A DNA stretch of 32,956 nt. Source: a virus (Duplodnaviria > Caudoviricetes). The translations under genes and the position numbers were made by a program. Of this stretch, positions 26,325 through 32,935 are shown in pieces (position 1 is the first letter of the stretch; each line of letters begins with the position of its first letter). The notes beneath the pieces were generated by a model. It was not told the DNA's origin and searched no databases. It saw nothing but the letters and a program-made list of their open reading frames with translations. The DNA lies in IMG/VR virus record IMGVR_UViG_3300044787_000021, positions 1-32,956 of that record, one strand, 5' to 3'.

Positions 26325-26653
26325 GCGTCCTTGATCTCCTGATAGCCGGGTGGCTCGAGCACGCCATCTGCCCCCAGCGTTGCCGTCAGGCAGACATCGA
26401 TCCCGGCAAGCGCTGCTGCCTCTGCGGGAACGGCATCCTCACGCATCGTCTCGGCAAGATGCTTCAGCGCGTCACGCATGGCGCGGAGACGACTCAACTC
26501 CTCTAGGTCATCGGCGTGCGTGATGTACTCGCGCCGCGGATGCCCGACACGTCCCAGTGCGTCGGAGCATCGAGTCACCTCACATCCATGCACGGCGCAA
26601 CCGAGATAGTGGCCATGCTGGTTCAGTGGTTGCGGTGAGGCGTAGGTCGTCAC
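26321..26653 (-). CDS. Hypothetical protein (110 aa)
   Basis: GTGA/ATGA overlaps. His/Cys-rich N-terminus and helical C-terminus. Confidence 0.55.
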   Translation of the reverse strand: MTTYASPQPLNQHGHYLGCAVHGCEVTRCSDALGRVGHPRREYITHADDLEELSRLRAMRDALKHLAETMREDAVPAEAAALAGIDVCLTATLGADGVLEPPGYQEIKDA

Positions 26654-27072
26654 GACTCCACCTCGCCCGACGACACGCCGATGCCACAGCTCGAGCCGGC
26701 CCAGGGGGAGTCCTCGGCGCATCGCTGCGTCTCGAGCGCCCCAACCTGATCCGGGTAATACCCGGCCGCGAGCGCGAACTCCGCAGCCTCTTCCTGGGAG
26801 GCATACTCCTTGTCGCCGCCGGCAACGGACCACGAATAGAGATGGCAAGGCACCACGTCCGGCACCGCGCTCAGCGGAACCTCGACCACGAAGTCGCCGT
26901 GCACCGGGCACCGGTACGTCTGCGGCGCGAGCTTGTGCAGGTCACCGCGCTCGCGGATCCCCCACGTCTTGCCCCGCGGCTCAACCGCGCCCTGCTGCGT
27001 CTCGGTCATCACGATGCGCGCGGGCTTGACGCGATCGCGGAGCGTGATCTTCGGGTTGTAGTTGATGGTCAT
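26650..27072 (-). CDS. Hypothetical protein with FmdB-like zinc-ribbon motif (140 aa)
   Basis: ATGA overlap, GGAGG SD, PQTYRCPVHGDFVVEV...VVPC motif. Confidence 0.6.
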   Translation of the reverse strand: MTINYNPKITLRDRVKPARIVMTETQQGAVEPRGKTWGIRERGDLHKLAPQTYRCPVHGDFVVEVPLSAVPDVVPCHLYSWSVAGGDKEYASQEEAAEFALAAGYYPDQVGALETQRCAEDSPWAGSSCGIGVSSGEVES

Positions 27073-28016
27073 GGATCCTCCTGGTCCACCACCACGCGCG
27101 CTCGCTCCGCCTGCTTGCCGGCAGTGATCTTCGCGCGGAGCTCTGCGCTCCAGTGCGCGGAGATCGCGGCGCGCTGGGAGGGGGTGAACGGATGCATGCC
27201 GCGCACGGTCTCCATTCTGACCAGGCGATCGATCGCGAGCAGATCGCGCAGCGTCATGCCGTCGTACTCGACGTCGAGCGACCTCGAGACCTCTGGCACC
27301 GAGACGGCCTTGCTGTAGTCATCGACCACCGCCCTGTCCGAGTTGTAGACTGCGGTACGTACCATATCCACCAGCCCGTAGGAGATCATCTTGTTCTGGA
27401 CGGGGTCGTAGACCACGGGCTTGAGCCCGGGGTCGTAGACCACGGGCTCGAGCCAGCGCGTGGGACTGCCAATGCGCACCGCATACACCCGGTCCGATGG
27501 CACGCACTCGCATCCAATGATTGTGACTCCTAGCCCGAAGTCAACCTTATCCGCGGGCTTACCGCAGCTCGGGCACTCTGTCTTACTGGGCGCCATCTTG
27601 CCGACCTTGGACTCGGCGGCCGAGTCCATGATCGTCGTCGAGGTCACCGCAGCGATGTCTCGCTCCATGCGGGCCCGCACCTGGTCCATGAGCGCGTCCA
27701 TCTGATGGCACCGCCGCTCGTGTTCGGCTAGTGCCAAGGCAATGTCGCCGACGAACACCTCGAGGGCGAGCATGCACCCGCACGCGAAGCGCATCTTGCC
27801 GTTGACCAGCATGTGCCACGCGGGATCAGCCTTGTCGCGCGCGTAGCATATGACCTGGCCGCTGACCGTGAACCCGCACGGGCACCGCCGCTCGTCGAGG
27901 TCGCCACACTGGCGGAACTGGTCACCGCCGCAGGCGGGGCACCGCCGCTCGTGATCCTCTCGCGCAGCGGCGGTCGACTTGTACTTGGGGAGATCGGTGA
28001 ATTTGTACAGAGTCAC
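27069..28016 (-). CDS. Multi-CxxC hypothetical protein (315 aa)
   Basis: Start re-assigned to GTG 28016 (GTGA overlap, AAGGA SD). CPAC, CPCG, CGC, CPSC and CEC motifs. Confidence 0.7.
   Translation of the reverse strand: MTLYKFTDLPKYKSTAAAREDHERRCPACGGDQFRQCGDLDERRCPCGFTVSGQVICYARDKADPAWHMLVNGKMRFACGCMLALEVFVGDIALALAEHERRCHQMDALMDQVRARMERDIAAVTSTTIMDSAAESKVGKMAPSKTECPSCGKPADKVDFGLGVTIIGCECVPSDRVYAVRIGSPTRWLEPVVYDPGLKPVVYDPVQNKMISYGLVDMVRTAVYNSDRAVVDDYSKAVSVPEVSRSLDVEYDGMTLRDLLAIDRLVRMETVRGMHPFTPSQRAAISAHWSAELRAKITAGKQAERARVVVDQEDP
27401..27448. repeat. Tandem 27-nt-period repeat encoding PVVYDP twice
   Basis: CGGGGTCGTAGACCACGGGCT at 27401-27421 and 27428-27448. Confidence 0.85.
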
Positions 28017-28429
28017 GATGTCGTCCTTTCGAGTTCTTGCTCTCGCCTTTTCCGCGCGCCATCGACGAGCGCCCACTGCGCCGCCGTCCACGTGCCGGCC
28101 GCAGCGACGAGCTCGGCTGCGAGCTGTGCCTCGAGCTGCTCCGTCGGGAGCTCCTTGTAGGCTTCCTCTTGCGCGTCGAGCACGGCCACCATCGCGCCGC
28201 TCGAGCGCCCAAGGAACGTGTCGATGCGCTGCAGCTCCTCGAGCAGCTTCATGGGCATCTCCTCCATGTCGTCCAGTCCCTCGACGAGCCGCTGCAGTCT
28301 GAGCTGTCGCCGGCGCCAGATGCGCGCCTGAGTGCGATGCAACATTCCGAACAGCTGCAGGTCCGTCCTGGCCGTGGTGAGCGAGCCGTAGGGGCGTCCG
28401 CGAGGTCTTCCTGTCTTGCGTCGTGGCAC
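28013..28429 (-). CDS. Basic/helical protein (138 aa), candidate terminase small subunit
   Basis: MPRRKTGRPRGRPYGS N-terminus (GRPxG pattern common in TerS) followed by amphipathic helices. First gene after an AT-rich gap, upstream of terL. Confidence 0.5.
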   Translation of the reverse strand: MPRRKTGRPRGRPYGSLTTARTDLQLFGMLHRTQARIWRRRQLRLQRLVEGLDDMEEMPMKLLEELQRIDTFLGRSSGAMVAVLDAQEEAYKELPTEQLEAQLAAELVAAAGTWTAAQWALVDGARKRREQELERTTS

Positions 28430-28439
28430 TGCGTCAACC

Positions 28440-28530
28440 TGATCGTGGCAAAATTACCACGATTTCTGTATTGATGGTGGGTACAATTATTAATTCGCAA
28501 CCTGAATCATACTCGATAGTTGCGCGAATG
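28440..28530. promoter_or_regulatory. AT-rich intergenic region with inverted repeats
   Basis: ATCGTGG-N8-CCACGAT (28442-28463), AATTA-T-TAATT, and CGCAAC...GTTGCG. Markedly AT-rich relative to the genome. Confidence 0.5.
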
Positions 28531-28531
28531 G

Positions 28532-28726
28532 TCACCGGTTCGCGGTCCTCAGAATGTTGTTCGCCACGTCGTCCAGCGCGTCCCGCTCAGCGTCCACCTT
28601 GCGAGCGCCGCCATCGTGCTGCCGGATCGCCGCGCGCTCGGTCCACAGCTCGGTGACGTCGTCGAGCGTGCGCCCGCTGCGCTTCGCGAGGCGCTGCAGC
28701 TGGTCCTGGAGCGCGCTCCACCTCAC
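28532..28726 (-). CDS. Small phage protein (64 aa) with ERAAI-xxx-DGG motif
   Basis: GTGA overlap. WTERAAIRQHDGGARKVDAERDA matches a recurrent phage motif (recalled, not searched). Confidence 0.65.
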   Translation of the reverse strand: MRWSALQDQLQRLAKRSGRTLDDVTELWTERAAIRQHDGGARKVDAERDALDDVANNILRTANR

Positions 28727-28923
28727 CGCAGCAGCCCCAGCAGCCGATCGAGCGCTGGGACCAGGTGAGCGAGCGCGGCTTCGTCCGTGGCCATTCCGCT
28801 CGAACCCACGAGGACCGAGGCGCTCCACCCGCACTCGGGATCGTGCACGCACACGACCTGGAAGTGGTAGCCGCTCTCGTCGTGGACCGAGAACTCCTTG
28901 CGCGTCGACTCGAGCTTGATCAT
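28723..28923 (-). CDS. Hypothetical protein (66 aa)
   Basis: AGGTG SD before ATG 28923 and stop overlapping the next start. Confidence 0.6.
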   Translation of the reverse strand: MIKLESTRKEFSVHDESGYHFQVVCVHDPECGWSASVLVGSSGMATDEAALAHLVPALDRLLGLLR

Positions 28924-28931
28924 CGCAGCAC

Positions 28932-29018
28932 CTAGCACGTGATCCATCGTTGCTCGTACCCGTAACCATTGGCTGCGTCCGCGGCGGCCTCCTTCTCGTT
29001 TCCGAGGTGGTGCCGTCC
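28932..29018 (-). pseudogene. Orphan 3' gene fragment without a start codon (GRHHLGNEKEAAADAANGYGYEQRWITC*)
   Basis: High-GC3 codons, stop placed 8 nt before the next ATG, and no ATG/GTG/TTG back to the preceding in-frame TAG. Confidence 0.4.
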
Positions 29019-29220
29019 AGTTAGGCAGCTTGACCTACGATCCGGGGTGCACTACCTTGGATCGTGAGGGAGCGGTCAAGACTTCGGTCGGACGGCTTCA
29101 CCTGAGACACTCGGTTCGCGCCGGGTGTCTCTCCTATCAACGAACAGAACCATCTGGCATCAAAGATGCACGAAATGGTAACCTGTTGGAACTATTTGCG
29201 CCGGCTCTGGATGGCTATGG
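29005..29220 (+). ncRNA. Putative structured non-coding RNA / small inserted element
   Basis: Nested stems 29005-18/29090-103, 29029-35/29074-80 and 29036-48/29054-66, a GAC-TTCG-GTC tetraloop, hairpin 29104-29131 and a further nested stem 29143-29187. Mismatches resolve as G-U on the plus strand. Confidence 0.55.
29030..29058 (+). promoter_or_regulatory. Sigma70-like promoter TTGACC-N17-TACCTT, antisense to the flanking genes
   Basis: -35 at 29030-35, 17-nt spacer, -10 at 29053-58. Confidence 0.55.
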
Positions 29221-29367
29221 GTCCTCCCATCCCCGGAGGGCTCGCGCACTATCCCAGTCGAGCGGGCCCGCCACGGCCGGATCCTGCGCACCAACGCGCG
29301 CAGCAGTCCGCCAGCCCTTCAGGTACGCGTGATACCGGTTCTCCACGTCGATTCGCGCGCGAATCAT
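29215..29367 (-). CDS. Small hypothetical protein (50 aa), possibly the 5' part of an interrupted gene
   Basis: Manual translation MIRARIDVENRYHAYLKGWRTAARVGAQDPAVAGPLDWDSARALRGWEDP* with ATGA overlap and GGAG SD. Confidence 0.6.
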   Translation of the reverse strand: MIRARIDVENRYHAYLKGWRTAARVGAQDPAVAGPLDWDSARALRGWEDP

Positions 29368-29723
29368 CGCTCCGTCCTCCCTGGCCTGGCGATCACCTGA
29401 CGACGCAACTCCACGACCTGATCCGCGTGCGCCATCGCCAGTTCGGCCACGTATTTGTCCAGCAGAGATCCCTTGTATTGCTCACGCAGCCGCGCGAGCT
29501 CTGCCACGTACGCCGCGGCGTAGATCGCGACCTCCACGCCTTCGCGCGGCTCCGTCATCGTCGGGTAGCGAGAGACGAACTTGCGGCAGTCACATGGCGG
29601 AGCGTGGCGGTCATCGCAGTACTCCTGGCCTACCGGAACTCCATTGCCCCTTCCGACGTCGTGGAATACCCGATCGTGGCCGCACTCCATGCAGGAGTCT
29701 GGGTCGGTTGATGGTGCGATCAC
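29364..29723 (-). CDS. Zinc-finger-like protein (119 aa)
   Basis: GTGA overlap start. CMECGH...FH...C...CDCRKF motif. Confidence 0.65.
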   Translation of the reverse strand: MIAPSTDPDSCMECGHDRVFHDVGRGNGVPVGQEYCDDRHAPPCDCRKFVSRYPTMTEPREGVEVAIYAAAYVAELARLREQYKGSLLDKYVAELAMAHADQVVELRRQVIARPGRTER

Positions 29724-29980
29724 TTCCCCGCCTCGACGCACGCGACCCACCAATCCATCGCCTGCTCGGCTCGCCGCCACGCGCGGTACGCGTCGAGCTC
29801 TAGCCATGCGACGTCCCGAGGCACGCACAGGTTGGAGTAGCGCCACGGGACCTCTGGGCGTACCGGCGCGGCGCCGCAGCGCGCGATCGCCTCGACACCA
29901 GCGTCCGGCGTGGCGCGAAGGTTGTCACCGCACCCTGACGCGATCACTGAAAACAACGCTAACACTATGAGTTCACGCAT
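29720..29980 (-). CDS. Lipoprotein (86 aa)
   Basis: GGAGG SD, signal MRELIVLALFSVIASG-C with GCGDN...PDAG after the lipobox, and three further Cys. Confidence 0.7.
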   Translation of the reverse strand: MRELIVLALFSVIASGCGDNLRATPDAGVEAIARCGAAPVRPEVPWRYSNLCVPRDVAWLELDAYRAWRRAEQAMDWWVACVEAGK

Positions 29981-30016
29981 GATTCCTCCGTGAGGCAACT
30001 CTCCTAATGAACACCC

Positions 30017-30045
30017 TTGCGTGTACTCACGTTTGTGAGTACAAC
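30017..30045 (+). promoter_or_regulatory. Sigma70-like leaderless promoter TTGCGT-N17-TACAAC overlapped by a perfect 9-bp inverted repeat (operator)
   Basis: TGTACTCAC-GTTT-GTGAGTACA at 30022-30043. ATG 30052 lies 6 nt after the -10 box. Confidence 0.7.
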
Positions 30046-30051
30046 AAGGTC

Positions 30052-30588
30052 ATGACGATCACCAACAAGTTCCCCGGCCGTTGCTCCTCCTGCGGATGTT
30101 CCGTTGCCCCGGGCGAGGGACACGCGGTCAAGTCCGGTGCCGGTGGCTGGACCGTCCGTTGCCGCGAGCACGCCGGATCCGATGCGCCGTCGTCGTCCTC
30201 CACCGTCTCGTCCGCTCCGGTCCATGCGTCCCGCGCCATCACGGTCGAGCGCGTCGGACGTCGCAGCTACCTCCGCGGCGACACGCTCGCGGTTCGCGGG
30301 CTGCTGCGCAACGGTGGGTGCACGTGGGACGCCGATTCCCGCGCATGGTGGATCGGCTCGGACGACTAGGCTCGGGCCCTGGCGGAGCAGGCCCGTACCG
30401 CGACGGCAGAGGCCGCGCCGCGCAAGCGGATCACTCACTGCGTCTACTCCGGGTGCCGAGCCGCGCTGAGCGACTGGCAGATCCAGCACAGCCACAAGTT
30501 CTGCTCGCAGGACTGCGCACGCGACGCACGGACCGGTGGACAGTCTGGTTACTTCGGTGGCCAGTGGCATCAAGGAGATAATGATTAA
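30052..30588 (+). pseudogene. Zinc-finger-containing early gene with one in-frame TAG (30367-30369)
   Basis: MTITNKFPGRCSSCG...CREH...TWDADSRAWWIGSDD*ARALAEQARTATAEAAPRKRITHCVYSGCRAALSDWQIQHSHKFCSQDCARD...GDND*. The final TAA overlaps the next ATG (TAATG). Confidence 0.7.
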
Positions 30589-30776
30589 TGGCACTTATCA
30601 CCAACAAGGGATCGCGGATCAACGTCCGGCTCCCATCCCGCGAGCTCAAGCTCTGGCACCGCGAGGCTGCAGCTGCAGGCCTCACCCTCTCCGACTGGCT
30701 CCGCGGTCTTGTTACCGCTGCCATCCGTGGATCAGTTGAAACCGCGCCCACCGAGGCGCAGAAGGAATCGCTATGA
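30588..30776 (+). CDS. Ribbon-helix-helix DNA-binding protein (CopG/MobC-like), 62 aa
   Basis: RINVRLPSRELKLWHREAAAAGLTLSDWLRGLV is a strand-helix-G-x-T-x-S-helix pattern. AAGGAG SD. Confidence 0.85.
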   Translation: MALITNKGSRINVRLPSRELKLWHREAAAAGLTLSDWLRGLVTAAIRGSVETAPTEAQKESL

Positions 30777-31105
30777 CTAGCTGGGGTAAATGTCCCGCCT
30801 GCCTCGAGCCACAGATAATGGCGCGCCGTACCGGACTGGACGACGACGGTCAAGAGCGGATCGTCCCGCATTGCAGCAATAACACTCGACGATCCGGCCG
30901 TCTCCACGATGCCGGATGCCCTGGATCCGGAGCCCTGCCACTTGCCATCCCCGCACCTGCACCGCAGCATCCTCCGATCGCTCCGTGTGACGCCGGGGCG
31001 CCGAAACCGACCGAGCCGCAGCTGCCGCATCACCTCACACCTGAGGAACACAACCGACGCGTCCGAGTCTATCAGCGAGCGCTGGACCGTTGGCATGGGG
31101 CCTAG
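30773..31105 (+). CDS. Zinc-finger-like hypothetical protein (110 aa)
   Basis: ATGA overlap. GKCPAC...PH...CPGSG motif. Converges on the methyltransferase gene. Confidence 0.65.
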   Translation: MTSWGKCPACLEPQIMARRTGLDDDGQERIVPHCSNNTRRSGRLHDAGCPGSGALPLAIPAPAPQHPPIAPCDAGAPKPTEPQLPHHLTPEEHNRRVRVYQRALDRWHGA

Positions 31106-31110
31106 GCAGC

Positions 31111-31674
31111 TCACGCCGCTGACCTCTCCAGCTGATTTCCGAGCTGGTCCCATCCTGCGCGCCGGCGCCGGGCGAACAGCTCCAGCCGCGGACCGGGGGC
31201 CAGCGGCTCGGCCACGAGCCCGAAAAACGCCTCAGGCTTCGCGCTGTGCACGTACCTGCCGTCCGCCCCGACCGGGACGGGAGCCGAGAACACCGAGCGC
31301 ACGTTGCGGGCCTGGACGACGCGTGAGGCACGGCCGCGCACGCACACCAGGCAGGTCTCGTGGCTAGCACGGACCGTCCTACCCATCCCGAACCAGGGCT
31401 TCCCGGTCTTGGTCGTCTTGATCCAGACGACCTCGCTCAGCGGCCGGAAACCCCATGCCCTGGCGAGCTCGAGCGCGTCCCCCTGCATCGATGCCAGGCG
31501 CCAGAGCAGCAGCACCGCATCGCGGTCGATCGAGACGCCGGTGGACGCGAGGTACCCGCAGAGCTCGTGGTGCGACATCACCGGGTACTGCCGAGCGGCC
31601 CCGCGAGTCGGACCTGGTAACTTGTCGCGCGGAGCCCACGGCGGGTCGGCGACGATCAGGCGGTAGGGGCTCAT
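31111..31674 (-). CDS. MT-A70-family N6-adenine DNA methyltransferase (187 aa)
   Basis: YRLIVADPPW catalytic motif, AWGF...WIK...FGMG...HETCL, HSAKPE, RLELFARRRRAGWDQLGNQ. Confidence 0.93.
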   Translation of the reverse strand: MSPYRLIVADPPWAPRDKLPGPTRGAARQYPVMSHHELCGYLASTGVSIDRDAVLLLWRLASMQGDALELARAWGFRPLSEVVWIKTTKTGKPWFGMGRTVRASHETCLVCVRGRASRVVQARNVRSVFSAPVPVGADGRYVHSAKPEAFFGLVAEPLAPGPRLELFARRRRAGWDQLGNQLERSAA

Positions 31675-31982
31675 GCCGGCCTGACCTCCGCGCCGATCGC
31701 CTCGAGCGCCTGCTCCACGCTGCGTGCGATCACCGGCGCTGGCCCCTTCCACGCGCGCCACCAACGCACCTGCGCGTCGTTGAGCTCGCTGTGACCGACG
31801 ATGCCACCGCGGGGGCCTAGCGGTAGCTTGACCTCGATCAGGTACAGCACGCCGCGGAACCCGACGAGCAGGTCAGGAATCCCATAGCCGGTTAGGCGCT
31901 GGACCGCGGCGCCGACTGCCTCGAGCGCCTGCACGATGGCCGGCTCGTTGGCGTCGCGACGCTGAGCGCTGCGCCGGATCAC
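31671..31982 (-). CDS. VRR-NUC-like PD-(D/E)xK nuclease (103 aa)
   Basis: RRDANEPAIVQAL...GIPDLLVGFRG...LIEVK...LNDAQVRW...RSVEQAL. Confidence 0.88.
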   Translation of the reverse strand: MIRRSAQRRDANEPAIVQALEAVGAAVQRLTGYGIPDLLVGFRGVLYLIEVKLPLGPRGGIVGHSELNDAQVRWWRAWKGPAPVIARSVEQALEAIGAEVRPA

Positions 31983-32176
31983 GAGTTCAACCCCTCGACG
32001 AGAATCCCGGCCTCGACCAGCCGACGCTCGAACTCCTCACCGACGAGTCGCTGCCACGTCTGCCTCTCCACGATGTCGCGATGTGGACCGCCTCGCCACT
32101 TAACCGACGACGCGGCCTGGCGACGCAGCTCGCGAAGCAGCTCCTGCGGCGGGTCGGCCCAGAGCAGCGGGGTCAC
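31979..32176 (-). CDS. Hypothetical protein (65 aa)
   Basis: GTGA overlaps at both ends and GGAGG SD. Confidence 0.55.
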   Translation of the reverse strand: MTPLLWADPPQELLRELRRQAASSVKWRGGPHRDIVERQTWQRLVGEEFERRLVEAGILVEGLNS

Positions 32177-32520
32177 TTCGTCCTCCGACGCGGCGGGATC
32201 TCGGCCGGGTAGATCTCTCTCCACGCGTCGTAGACCGTGCTCTCGCCGAGCCCGAGCTCGGCCGCTGCCTCGCGCACCGTGACCTGCCACAGGTGGGCGT
32301 AGCGCGCGGCGACGCGAGACAGCGATGTCGGACGCAGCGCGCGCCGGCGCTGGACGCCGAGCGTTCCTCGGCGCCGATAGAAGTCTTTCCGCTGATCGGT
32401 GGTCTCGCCATGCGCCTCCTTGATCCGAGCGACGGTGTCTTGCTGCAGCAGCGCTCGCTCCTCGTCGGTGAGCGGGCGGTGGAGCCAGCGCACGAATCGG
32501 ATCCGCTCTTCGTCGGTCAT
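32173..32520 (-). CDS. Helix-turn-helix protein (115 aa)
   Basis: ATGA overlap, GAGG SD, TVREAAAELGLGESTVYDAW HTH motif. Confidence 0.75.
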   Translation of the reverse strand: MTDEERIRFVRWLHRPLTDEERALLQQDTVARIKEAHGETTDQRKDFYRRRGTLGVQRRRALRPTSLSRVAARYAHLWQVTVREAAAELGLGESTVYDAWREIYPAEIPPRRRTK

Positions 32521-32765
32521 GGTTTCCTCGTCGAGTGCTGCCAGGCTCGCTTGCCGCACAGCCTGCACGTATCGTCGGCCGCGCAGAGCTGTGAGCGCTT
32601 CCCATCGGCGCACCACAGGCCGCGCCACCACTGCTCGATCAGCTCGTCCTGCAGAATCTGGATCAGGTGCTCGCGCTCCTCGGTGTCGGTCGCTGCCTCG
32701 TAGCGCGCGAGCGCGTCTCGGATGCCGCGAGCCGTGGCGATCACGGGATCGGTCTCGTCGCTCAT
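32517..32765 (-). CDS. Hypothetical protein with C-terminal Cys motif (82 aa)
   Basis: ATGA overlap, GAGGAG SD. Helical N-terminus followed by C...C...CRLCG...H. Confidence 0.6.
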   Translation of the reverse strand: MSDETDPVIATARGIRDALARYEAATDTEEREHLIQILQDELIEQWWRGLWCADGKRSQLCAADDTCRLCGKRAWQHSTRKP

Positions 32766-32935
32766 GGCTTGCTCCTCGGGCAGTTCAGCCGGCCGCACAC
32801 CGGGCAGTAGATCGCGCGGCGCCGCGCATCGTCGATGGCGTGCTGGAGCTCGGCGTACGCATCGCCGCGATGCTCTGGTTCGGCGGCCCGCCACGCTTCG
32901 AGCGCGTCCTGAATGCGATCGGCGACGGCGTTCAT
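32762..32935 (-). CDS. Hypothetical protein with CPVC motif (57 aa)
   Basis: Manual translation MNAVADRIQDALEAWRAAEPEHRGDAYAELQHAIDDARRRAIYCPVCGRLNCPRSKP with GAGG SD and ATGA overlap. Confidence 0.6.
   Translation of the reverse strand: MNAVADRIQDALEAWRAAEPEHRGDAYAELQHAIDDARRRAIYCPVCGRLNCPRSKP

Noticed and set aside
29064-29135. tRNA, tmRNA or Y-RNA suggested by GGTTCG in a hairpin
   Set aside because: The loop is 6 nt (TTCGCG) without the conserved T-loop A. No D-arm/anticodon cloverleaf and no CCA end.
29005-29220. Known ribozyme, group I/II intron, retron or IS end
   Set aside because: I could not find a hammerhead core, group II domain V, group I P7 elements or terminal inverted repeats, and no RT or transposase is in the window. 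A hairpin followed by TCAA (29104-29140) only loosely resembles an IS200/IS605 end.
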